From contig JBFWOZ010000006.1 of assembly GCA_050250255.1 (NCBI GenBank), forward strand, positions 30,887 to 94,886: a DNA stretch of 64,000 nt, in the 5' to 3' direction. Made by a program: the position numbers and the translations under genes. The notes beneath the pieces are model-generated. The model did no database searches. It was not told the origin of the DNA and saw only the letters and a program-made list of their open reading frames with translations. Origin of the DNA: Bdellovibrionales bacterium (GTDB taxonomy: Bacteria; Bdellovibrionota; Bdellovibrionia; Bdellovibrionales; DASUEL01). Shown here piece after piece: positions 1 to 8,392 of this stretch. Within the stretch, counting starts at the first letter, position 1. Each line of letters begins with the position of its first letter.

Positions 1-2
1 AA

Positions 3-158
3 GGTACAGGAGTGATTAAGTGGGTTCGTAGACAAGCTATAAACAATCTTCCTGCAGGTTACGGCATTCAATTTGACACATTAGACGATGAGAGTCGTAA
101 GCGGACCATTGAGGTTATCAATAGTTTAAAAACAAAATCGTTTATTCCTAAGTCCTAG
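3..158 (+). CDS. 3' end of a PilZ-like domain protein (partial, starts before window)
   Basis: Frame from nt 3 reads GTGVIKWVRRQAINNLPAGYGIQFDTLDDESRKRTIEVINSLKTKSFIPKS*. The G-x-[VI]-x-W-V-R...G-x-G-I-x-F pattern is typical of PilZ C-terminal strands. Confidence 0.55.
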   Translation, partial: GTGVIKWVRRQAINNLPAGYGIQFDTLDDESRKRTIEVINSLKTKSFIPKS

Positions 159-221
159 CAGCATAAGAAAAAAGTCGTTGGTTAAGACCTTATCCTCAAA
201 AAATGTTGTAAATCTAGTTGG

Positions 222-938
222 TCAGTCCCCTTCACTGCCACCGCGTCTTTGCTTTGAATCTTGGATTTCGCGAACAACAGCCCAGTCATTGATTTGGTAA
301 ACTAAGACGTCGATCTTTAGATTCAAATGCTGGTTACCAAGGGCGGAACGCAACGCTTGCGTTCTTCCGTTACCGTCGAAGACATAATAGGTACCGTCTG
401 GAGCTTTGGCCGCTCGTATAACCAATGACTCCGATGGTATAATGGACTTGCGAAGCTGGGCATCGACAGCTCCGGCATTCAAAATCTCGGGAAGACGCTT
501 TTTAATTTCATCAATTCGGGTCTGCAGCCTCTGCAAATCGTAGGGTGTCGAAACCTTGTGTGTCGTTGAAAGCTGTCTCAAAGGGACCATATCAGAATAG
601 ATCCTAGTCGCCTGCTGTTCAATCAGGTTTGTCAAATGGGTCGCTTCGATGAGCTCGCGACCAATCTCTTGCCATTTTTCAGGAAACCGTTCGAGCGATT
701 TGAGAAGTTTCTTGATAATATTTTGAGACACCCCCTCAAGCGCGAGCGCCTTAATGCCTTGGGATAACTCTGAATGGACGGTGTTTTCAACGAAATCATG
801 TCGGCTTGTCGGAGCTAGCACTTGGGCGCAATTGATCTTTGGGGCTGATACCGTAACATGCACAGCTGCCAATTTTGGGCTGCCAACTAACGGCAGTATT
901 GCCAGCACAGATAATGCAAGTAAGTTCACAGGTTTCAC
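222..938 (-). CDS. Signal-peptide protein with C-terminal ParB/Sulfiredoxin-like domain
   Basis: Hydrophobic N-terminus (MKPVNLLALSVLAILPL). GTYYVFDGNGRTQAL resembles the ParB/Srx Y-x-[IV]-x-D-G-x-x-R motif. Confidence 0.6.
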   Translation of the reverse strand: MKPVNLLALSVLAILPLVGSPKLAAVHVTVSAPKINCAQVLAPTSRHDFVENTVHSELSQGIKALALEGVSQNIIKKLLKSLERFPEKWQEIGRELIEATHLTNLIEQQATRIYSDMVPLRQLSTTHKVSTPYDLQRLQTRIDEIKKRLPEILNAGAVDAQLRKSIIPSESLVIRAAKAPDGTYYVFDGNGRTQALRSALGNQHLNLKIDVLVYQINDWAVVREIQDSKQRRGGSEGD

Positions 939-950
939 GCTAGTAAGTGA

Positions 951-966
951 TGCAATCTTGGTACCT
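951..966 (-). promoter_or_regulatory. sigma54 -24/-12 promoter for 222..938
   Basis: Minus strand AGGTAC-CAAGA-TTGCA (GG-N10-GC). GTG start lies 13 nt after the GC, with no SD. Confidence 0.7.
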
Positions 967-1011
967 GCTACATTCCGTCGAATTGACTCGCAGGTACCAC
1001 TCTCTGACTCT

Positions 1012-3027
1012 CTATTGATTTATGCCGAACCAAATTGTTTCGAACGGAGGTAGCTCCAACTTAATTTTTCCGTTGGCGGAGGTGATGTTGAAATTCCGAT
1101 CATACAGTAGATCAACGAGTTGTCGCGAACCCAAGTTAATATCAACAGTTGCTGTAACCGTATGTTCGCTTAAGTTGTGTAAAATGAGGGTTGTTTCTCC
1201 TGGAACGTGTCGAGCATATGCTAAAGTGCTTGGATTACTTGTGTTTAAAATTTCGATTTCTCCACGTCGAAGCGAAGCACGCTCTTTTCGCACACGAATA
1301 AAATGACGAACATATTCTAAAACCGAACCTTCTGGTGTTGAGCCTCTCGAAAAAATTGCGTTGTCATACAGAGCCTTTTCGACAGGTCCGCGGCCCTCAT
1401 CACGAGCATCATATTGCCCCCCACGCTCACGCGCAGCCTGTATTGCGTAGGGTTTATTATTTGTGGCCATGACTTCATCACCGTAGTAGATGATGGGCAT
1501 CCCCTTAAGGCTGAGCAGATATGAAAAAGCAAGGGTTATACGACGAGGGTCATGCGAAAGAAAATCCGTCATTCTCCCGCCCACTCCCAAATCACCTCGA
1601 AAAGACACTCCTTTTCCAGTACTCAGCAGTGCTCTTTGAATGATTTCACGAACGCGAGGTGGGGCCATTTCAAGCGTTAGCTCATCATGCAACCTTAGAA
1701 AATTAGCCCACACTGTTCCTTTTGGTAGCTCTGGCGTATTCTTCAGAGATTCGATGATGTAGCGTTTGTCTCCCGAAAGCAAACTCGCCCAAGAGTGGGC
1801 CATGAGATCGAAGTTGTATGCCATTTGAGCACCAGATGAAGCAGTTAGTGTTCTTCCGAGACTCTTTATGTAGATATTCTGTGATTTTCCAAAAAACTTT
1901 TGAACCACCGAAAGCTCCTGACAAGCTTCGACAATGATTGAAGTTCTAGGCGCCACTTGAGTGAGCAGATAACGAAGAGATTTCACAAACTCCAATGTTC
2001 TCGGATCACTTTCTCTCTCTTTAAACAAAAAAGGAATAGCATCAAGGCGAATGACATCGGCGCCCTGATTGGCCCAATGGGTGACTATTCGAAATGCCTC
2101 GCCCATAACAGCGGGATTTTTAAAATTCAAATCAAATTGAAAAGGGTAAAACGTGTGATAAATCCAAACGTCTTTTCCATCTGCATCCTTCGTTTTAAAG
2201 TAGTGAGGATGGTGTGGGTCGGCGAAATCAGGAAAGATCACTCGTCGTTCAACTTCTACAGTTTTACCGTATTCGTTTTTTTCGCGATAACGCGCGCTTA
2301 GAGGCTTTCCGTTTTTATCTAGTTTCACATCAAGCACTTCAGGGGGTGTTTTAAGAAAATGAAAATAATTACGATATTGTTTCTCCCCGCGAAGTGCGGC
2401 CTTAGCCCAAGCGTGAGTCTCTGAGACGTGATTCAGTACCAAATCCAGTTGAAAGCTTCCTCTTTTTTGTCTGAGTTTACTAATAAATGATCTGAATTCC
2501 CGGTCTCCCCCGAATCTTCTATCAACAGTTTTATAATCAGAAACGTCAAAGCCAGCGTCCTTAAACGGCGACTTGAGAAATGGAAGTGCGTAGATCATCG
2601 AAACTCCGAGATAGTCAAAAAGATAATCGGCCATGGCCGTTAGATTCCGGAAGGTGCCCTTTCCTTTCGAAGTTCCGATACCACTCACATAACCCATGTA
2701 TTGAATTTGATCTAAGAGTCTGTTTGGATCTTCAATAGCCTTGATATCCTCGGCTCTTAATTCTTTTGAGCGACTCGCCAAACCCTCCTGTACGGCCCTC
2801 TCGAATCTTTCAGACACACCGACGACAATGTTTCTATCAGAATAAATATTTTCAAAAATTCTAAGTGCATGCGGATCAACTTGAACCGATCTCTGTGGAG
2901 AAAGTACTTTATGACAGCCCCCACCGGCGGCGTATGTTGGCTGTGCCTTGACGGCAGCAAAAGCTAACTGCATCACCAGATGAAGTAGAACAATCGGTGT
3001 GATCACTCGAAATGGGAGTTGTCGCAT
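1012..3027 (-). CDS. treS: GH13 trehalose synthase (TreS)-like glucosyltransferase with N-terminal signal peptide
   Basis: DAGFDVSDY, DLVLNHVS, RLDAIPFL (nucleophile), IVEACQ (acid/base), FLRLHDELTLE (TreS-type signature), YYGDEV. Hydrophobic N-terminus ending AFA. Confidence 0.75.
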   Translation of the reverse strand: MRQLPFRVITPIVLLHLVMQLAFAAVKAQPTYAAGGGCHKVLSPQRSVQVDPHALRIFENIYSDRNIVVGVSERFERAVQEGLASRSKELRAEDIKAIEDPNRLLDQIQYMGYVSGIGTSKGKGTFRNLTAMADYLFDYLGVSMIYALPFLKSPFKDAGFDVSDYKTVDRRFGGDREFRSFISKLRQKRGSFQLDLVLNHVSETHAWAKAALRGEKQYRNYFHFLKTPPEVLDVKLDKNGKPLSARYREKNEYGKTVEVERRVIFPDFADPHHPHYFKTKDADGKDVWIYHTFYPFQFDLNFKNPAVMGEAFRIVTHWANQGADVIRLDAIPFLFKERESDPRTLEFVKSLRYLLTQVAPRTSIIVEACQELSVVQKFFGKSQNIYIKSLGRTLTASSGAQMAYNFDLMAHSWASLLSGDKRYIIESLKNTPELPKGTVWANFLRLHDELTLEMAPPRVREIIQRALLSTGKGVSFRGDLGVGGRMTDFLSHDPRRITLAFSYLLSLKGMPIIYYGDEVMATNNKPYAIQAARERGGQYDARDEGRGPVEKALYDNAIFSRGSTPEGSVLEYVRHFIRVRKERASLRRGEIEILNTSNPSTLAYARHVPGETTLILHNLSEHTVTATVDINLGSRQLVDLLYDRNFNITSANGKIKLELPPFETIWFGINQ

Positions 3028-3039
3028 ATTAAGAAACCG

Positions 3040-3055
3040 AGCAACTCAAGTGCCA
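3040..3055 (-). promoter_or_regulatory. sigma54 promoter for treS-like gene
   Basis: Minus strand TGGCAC-TTGAG-TTGCT (consensus). ATG 13 nt after the GC, no SD. Confidence 0.85.
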
Positions 3056-3194
3056 GATACATCAAACCAATTTCATTTTATAGACTTTGAGGGCCGATTT
3101 ATCGCCACTCGCCATAAAAGACAACTTACGCAACTAGATGTTCATTATTTCGTCAGTGCCCAGAGGTTCACGTGGTCCAAGATCTGGACGTTGA

Positions 3195-4031
3195 TTAGAC
3201 CTCTTTATTGCGCTCCACGACCCACAACCGAGAAATAACGCCCTTGATTTCTCCCAATTTCACCAAAAGATTTTTATTTAAAAATTCACGTGCCGCTCGG
3301 TCTGAAACGACTCCTACGGCCATACCGTCAAACAAAAATGATAAAAGAAGGCTGATGTCATCAATTTCTCCTATCACGTTGGGCTCAATGTGATGGTTTG
3401 CAAAGAATCTTTCCACCTGAAAACGGAGCATATTACTTTCGCTGAAAGTGAAAAATGGTACGTCGTTAAGCGATTTTGGAAAATTGTTTTTTAGACTACG
3501 AAACCTGGGGGCACCGACAAAAAAGAGTTTTCTCTGTGCCACCTCTTTCACGTTCCAATTTTTCTTATGCTTTGGCTCAGTGTCGACAATCATTAAATCT
3601 AAACGCTTGTGCTCTAGCTGTTCATGGAGGTCTTGATAGGTTCCATGCCACACTTGCAATATCAGATTTTTACGACATATCGGTTTCAAAATATCATGTA
3701 GAAGTGCCTTTGATACTGAGGGGACATAGCCCGCTCTGAAAAAATCTGCAGGTTTCGACTGGGGTTTTAGCGAGAAAAGAGCTTCTTGGGTAAGGGAGAA
3801 AATTTTATGAGTATATTCCAGCAAACTTTGGCCAGACGAACTGAGACGAAGCTTACGAAACTGACGATCGAAGAGCTTTATATTGAGACTTTCCTCTAAA
3901 AGCTTGATGCGAATACTAATCGCTGGCTGAGTGAGATTTAGTTTTTTTGCAGCCAATTTAATGGAGCCCTCTGTCGCAACAACATGGAAGTAGAAAAGAT
4001 GCTGTAGGTTACCTGATGGAAAAGTTATCAC
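3195..4031 (-). CDS. LysR-family transcriptional regulator (NhaR-like)
   Basis: N-terminal HTH NLQHLFYFHVVATEGSIKLAAKKLNLTQPAISIRIKLLEESL. C-terminal PNVIGEIDDISLL. Lies near a putative Na+/H+ antiporter. Confidence 0.9.
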   Translation of the reverse strand: MITFPSGNLQHLFYFHVVATEGSIKLAAKKLNLTQPAISIRIKLLEESLNIKLFDRQFRKLRLSSSGQSLLEYTHKIFSLTQEALFSLKPQSKPADFFRAGYVPSVSKALLHDILKPICRKNLILQVWHGTYQDLHEQLEHKRLDLMIVDTEPKHKKNWNVKEVAQRKLFFVGAPRFRSLKNNFPKSLNDVPFFTFSESNMLRFQVERFFANHHIEPNVIGEIDDISLLLSFLFDGMAVGVVSDRAAREFLNKNLLVKLGEIKGVISRLWVVERNKEV

Positions 4032-4048
4032 TTAAATTTTCCTTATTC

Positions 4049-4086
4049 TTTAGTTAATATAATTAAATTTAATTATATTAACTAAA
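4049..4086. repeat. Perfect 38-bp palindrome without spacer
   Basis: TTTAGTTAATATAATTAAA|TTTAATTATATTAACTAAA, between the divergent LysR and lipoprotein genes. Confidence 0.95.
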
Positions 4087-4137
4087 TGGCCGACTATACA
4101 ACATACAAGTTAGTCATTAAAACAAGAGGAGGATTTT

Positions 4138-4524
4138 GTGCCGAATATTGATATAAAAACGGGAGCATTCATTTTGTTGACGGCGTGCTATCTCAGCGGA
4201 TGTGCGACAAAAGGAATAGAGCCTTCCACACATCCCAAGTCTCAAGGTTTGGTTAAATCAAACCAACCCATCCATGAAGTTAAGACTAAGCCCGAAGTAC
4301 AGAATCGCCTCGTTTGTAAAAACAACGATGACGAAAGAGCCATCCAAGTAGTTAAAGGCACTCGTCAGATCTCTAGTGAAAAGGACGCGCCCTGCGAGGT
4401 CGTTTATACAAAATTTTCCAAGAGCACTGTGGTTGCCTCCTCACACAGCTCGTTGAGTTATTGTGAGATGATTCAAAAACGCATTCAGGACAACCTGGTA
4501 CAGGGCGGTTTTAGTTGTCAATAG
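4138..4524 (+). CDS. Hypothetical lipoprotein with four further Cys
   Basis: SD GAGGAGG, GTG start, lipobox LSGC. TAAT-N15-GCCGACTA (sigma28-like) at 4070-4096. Confidence 0.75.
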   Translation: MPNIDIKTGAFILLTACYLSGCATKGIEPSTHPKSQGLVKSNQPIHEVKTKPEVQNRLVCKNNDDERAIQVVKGTRQISSEKDAPCEVVYTKFSKSTVVASSHSSLSYCEMIQKRIQDNLVQGGFSCQ

Positions 4525-4582
4525 AGCACCACCCATTTGAAGTTTGGAATTCTCGATCTTCATTTATGTAAGTTTTTGCTGG

Positions 4583-5869
4583 CTATAGAAACCAAAAACA
4601 AACTCCGGAGATAATGGTAGGGATCAGTGCGCTTATAAATAAACCCACAGAGCTGATTCCATCAGGTCCAAAGGAGGAGTTCAATGTACTATAGCCAGCG
4701 GGGTTTGGGGCATTTGCAATAACCGTGAGCCCACCCCCAACAACACTTCCCGCAACCAACGCGTACTTAGATATATCCGAAAGACCCACCACCTGACTGC
4801 CTAAATATGTAATGGCAGCATTGTCTGTAAAAGCCGTTAAGGACATCGAACCCAGATAGAGTGGAAGCGCCGTCAAGCGACTAAGAATTGGTTCGAGCCA
4901 CCAGTTTTGATAACCACCGAGAATCACTAACCCTCCCAAAAAGAAGCCCACAAGAAGCGCTTCTCTGATCCGTAGATCATCGTGGTATTCTTTGGTCACC
5001 GCAGCTACACCTAAGAAAAACAAAAAGATGCCAACGAACAAAACCATGTGATGAGCGGCTATTACAATGGCGAAAAGAATAATGAGGTGTAAAAGCGAAA
5101 CCCACAGTGGGGTTTGATAAGCTACGCTCTTCACTGTTTTATCAGTCTCCAGACGGGCGAGCTCCTTCCGAAAGCGATAAGTAACAAAAGATGTCGATAG
5201 AACAATAGCCACTACTGCTTTCCACCCGAAATTTGAAAACATAAATGTAAGATCCCAATTCCATTTTTGAGCTACCATTAAAACTGGTGGGGCCGCATAA
5301 GGCGTAAGTGTTCCACCAATGGAGACATTCACAAATAATAATCCGAGAGTGGCATAGCGAAGCTGATCGGTGATGTCTTTGTTGTAATACGACTTTAATA
5401 AAATCAACGCCGTTACTGTCATGGCTGCGGGCTCTGTAATAAAACTTCCTAAAATTGGTCCAACAATTAAGGTGGATGCATAAAACCCGATTACTCTGTT
5501 AAGGGGCAGGCTTTGTCCAAAGAGGCGAATGACCTTTTCGCTAAGCTCTAAAATTGGGCGAGATGCACACATTGTCATAATGACAAATACAAATATAGGC
5601 TCGGTAAAATTACGGCTTTCAAGATAAGCAATTGTTGGCTTCATACCCTCATCAGCCATAAAGTAAAGAATGAATAGCCCAGCCCAGATTCCGAATACAA
5701 CTTCAACTTCGCCAAGAAGATGAAAGAGGTTTTCTCCGACGGAGCCTTCGGAATATTTGTGAGATATACTTTGAAAGTATTTAACAGAAAAAGTATGTAG
5801 CACGGCTAATGCAAAACATCCCGTGGCCACATAGTGAACAACTGAAGGGGCACTCATACAACTCTCCAC
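4583..5869 (-). CDS. Putative Na+/H+ antiporter (DUF1504-type)
   Basis: Polytopic membrane protein with FHLLGEVEVVFG, GSFITEPAAMT, NVSIGGTLTPYAAPPVLMVA and GGGLTVIANAPNPAG motifs. Confidence 0.85.
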   Translation of the reverse strand: MESCMSAPSVVHYVATGCFALAVLHTFSVKYFQSISHKYSEGSVGENLFHLLGEVEVVFGIWAGLFILYFMADEGMKPTIAYLESRNFTEPIFVFVIMTMCASRPILELSEKVIRLFGQSLPLNRVIGFYASTLIVGPILGSFITEPAAMTVTALILLKSYYNKDITDQLRYATLGLLFVNVSIGGTLTPYAAPPVLMVAQKWNWDLTFMFSNFGWKAVVAIVLSTSFVTYRFRKELARLETDKTVKSVAYQTPLWVSLLHLIILFAIVIAAHHMVLFVGIFLFFLGVAAVTKEYHDDLRIREALLVGFFLGGLVILGGYQNWWLEPILSRLTALPLYLGSMSLTAFTDNAAITYLGSQVVGLSDISKYALVAGSVVGGGLTVIANAPNPAGYSTLNSSFGPDGISSVGLFISALIPTIISGVCFWFL

Positions 5870-5979
5870 TCTGGATTGTCACTTTCATTTTTCTCGAACC
5901 AAGTGACGGATAATAGCATCAAATCCATTGTCTACATCATTTCTATAATGAAGTCAGATAATGAAAAATTTCAAACCTT

Positions 5980-7095
5980 TTATCGGACTGTCGTTGCTTG
6001 CGGCAGCGCCTCGACATAAAGCGTTTGTGTCGGAAACGCAAATGACACATCTTCTTTAACAAACTTTTTTAAAATATTAAGAAGCACCCTTTGTTGTAAA
6101 TCCATAAATATATTGTAGTCGGGATCCGACACAAAGAAGACAAGCTCAAAATCTAATGAGGAGTTTCCGTATGTCATAAAATGACAGCGGTCAAATTTGA
6201 GCTGACTCTCAGCCTGTACGATTTCTTTTACCCATAATGGAATTTTCTCAAGCGTTTCGGCCGACGTTGAATAGGTCACGCCAAAAGATTGCACCACTCG
6301 ACGAATCCACATACGCTTATAGTTTTTAACTCGACTTTCAAGAAGATCTTTATTGGCTAAAATGACTTGTTCACCCGAAAGACTCCTCAGGCGCGTGGTT
6401 TTGATTCCTATGTGTTCTACGGTTCCTTTTTCCTCTCCCGAAACAATGAAATCTCCTACTACAAAAGGTTTGTCGAGAACAATAGAAAGCGATGCTAAAA
6501 GATCACCTAATATATTTTGAGCTGCCAACGCGACAGCGATACCGCCCACCCCAAGCCCCGCCAGCAATGCGGTGATATCAACGCCTAAATTGCTAAGTCC
6601 TACTAAAAAAAGAACAACTAGAAACCCTACCTGAACCGCTGTGTAGAGAAGTCCAAGCGCTGCTGCGGAAGACTGATCCAACTCAATTTTTTTATCTAAT
6701 ACACGTTTTCGCCAAAATTTTATGATGTAAAGACCCCAAATCCCTACTTGCAATACAAGACTGGTCACTGAAATTGTGAGCAGGAGGCTCTCAACCCAAC
6801 TTGTCTGTGTGAGATGCCGAGTCAGTAAATAGAACGTTCCCACAAAAACAACCGAAGCCTTAAATCCTTCGAGAAGGTCGGCACCGGCGTTATCCCAAAG
6901 CGAAAATGTTTTTTCCGCTCTCTTCCGGAAAAAACGAGAGATGATTTTTAAAATCATCTTAATGAGCACTGTGGCAAGAACGGCAGTTACGCCCGAGCCG
7001 ATCCAGGACCAAAGAGAGTCTTCAGCAAAGTACGGCTTTAATTCGTAAAAAAATGTTTCCATAGTAGAGGGTTCTAACATAAGTACGTATATCAT
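5980..7095 (-). CDS. mscS: Small-conductance mechanosensitive channel (MscS family)
   Basis: ALLAGLGVGGIAVALAAQNILGDL, DKPFVVGDFI, GTVEHIGIKTTRLRSLSGEQ. Exact start uncertain. Confidence 0.92.
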   Translation of the reverse strand: MIYVLMLEPSTMETFFYELKPYFAEDSLWSWIGSGVTAVLATVLIKMILKIISRFFRKRAEKTFSLWDNAGADLLEGFKASVVFVGTFYLLTRHLTQTSWVESLLLTISVTSLVLQVGIWGLYIIKFWRKRVLDKKIELDQSSAAALGLLYTAVQVGFLVVLFLVGLSNLGVDITALLAGLGVGGIAVALAAQNILGDLLASLSIVLDKPFVVGDFIVSGEEKGTVEHIGIKTTRLRSLSGEQVILANKDLLESRVKNYKRMWIRRVVQSFGVTYSTSAETLEKIPLWVKEIVQAESQLKFDRCHFMTYGNSSLDFELVFFVSDPDYNIFMDLQQRVLLNILKKFVKEDVSFAFPTQTLYVEALPQATTVR

Positions 7096-7172
7096 TTAAC
7101 TAGAAAATGCGGTTGCCGATCTAGAGATGCTCTCTGTAACTACTTGGATAGCTATTTACTTAATATATTAGG

Positions 7173-7604
7173 TTAAGCAGAAATATAAGTAGCTCTCGTT
7201 TTTAGGTAATTCTTAATTTCGGAAAGTTCACCATCGAGTTTTTTTAGGTCTTCGAATATAAACTCAAAGTCGACAGTGCTTTTGTCCAAAACCCGCTTAC
7301 CTACCCTTGTGAGAGAAATAATTTTCTTTCTGGCATCCTTGGGATCATCGCAGACTAGAATTAAATTCTTACCCGATAAACGACGCAGAGATTGAGTCAA
7401 ACTTCCCTGTGTGATGCCAAGGGCTCTGGCAAGCCCAAGAGGACCGATGGCGGGCATAGATTTTAATGTCCAGAGGAGGAACCATTGAACAAGACTGAGG
7501 CCAATCTTATCCTCAAGAGTCTTGTTCATTTTTTGAAATAGTAGGTTTACTTTTAGTAGATCGGCCAAAGGCTGCTCAAAACTATTTTTGTCTGAAAAAT
7601 TCAT
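7173..7604 (-). CDS. MarR-family regulator
   Basis: wHTH with DPKDARKKIISLTRVG wing motif. Overlaps the otsB stop. Confidence 0.88.
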   Translation of the reverse strand: MNFSDKNSFEQPLADLLKVNLLFQKMNKTLEDKIGLSLVQWFLLWTLKSMPAIGPLGLARALGITQGSLTQSLRRLSGKNLILVCDDPKDARKKIISLTRVGKRVLDKSTVDFEFIFEDLKKLDGELSEIKNYLKTRATYISA

Positions 7605-8392
7605 AAGTTTGTTGCGTTCGTTTTTGCACGCGTGATTCGATAATAAAAAAGTATTTTCATGACGAGACGATGAACTTCCGCTTGATTTTTAATAAAAAAT
7701 TTTGCACTTGAATTCACTTTTTTGCCAACGCGAACTGTAAAGATTCGACTATCGTTCAGAGAGAAAACGTCTTCGTCCGTATCATCATCTCCAATATAAA
7801 ATGCTTGCTTAACATTCGCGTCACTCATCACATCTAATAAGGCCATCCCTTTGTGGGGCCCTCCAATGGGAATTAAATTAATAACGCATTTCCCAAGAAC
7901 AATCCTGGGAGTTGGTTCTAGGTTTTGAACTAGTTGTAACAGTTCTTTTTTTACAGCTCTTTTGGAGCGAGACTTCCTATAGTGAAGCGCCAGAGAAAAC
8001 TCCTTGTCTTCTACTTCTACGCCTTCAAATTTTTTATTCTTACCAAAAAGCTTGGTTTGAATTTGATTTCTCCAGGCGCTTGACACTTTCTTGAAAATTT
8101 CTTGTTTGTGAATGGTTTTTGATCCTTCAAGTCCGTGATTTCCAATTAAGTATTTTGGGCGAAAGGAGAATTTTGTTTTTAAATCTGAACGGCTACGGCC
8201 CGAAACTATTGCAACAGGAACCTGTGCGTTAAGCTCTTGAATCATTTTTGCCAGAGTTTCCGCAACAACCGCACCCTCAGGATTACGCACAATTTTCGAC
8301 AACGTGCCGTCAAAATCAAAAGCAAAAAGAGTGTTGGTGTACGATAAAGATTCTAATAATACTTGGGCGTTTTTTGAAAAAAGATACATCAT
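7601..8392 (-). CDS. otsB: Trehalose-6-phosphate phosphatase (HAD family)
   Basis: FDFDGTL, IVSGRS, GNHG, EDKEFSLALHYR, KG, IGDDDTDEDVF. Coupled to otsA. Confidence 0.93.
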   Translation of the reverse strand: MMYLFSKNAQVLLESLSYTNTLFAFDFDGTLSKIVRNPEGAVVAETLAKMIQELNAQVPVAIVSGRSRSDLKTKFSFRPKYLIGNHGLEGSKTIHKQEIFKKVSSAWRNQIQTKLFGKNKKFEGVEVEDKEFSLALHYRKSRSKRAVKKELLQLVQNLEPTPRIVLGKCVINLIPIGGPHKGMALLDVMSDANVKQAFYIGDDDTDEDVFSLNDSRIFTVRVGKKVNSSAKFFIKNQAEVHRLVMKILFYYRITRAKTNATNL

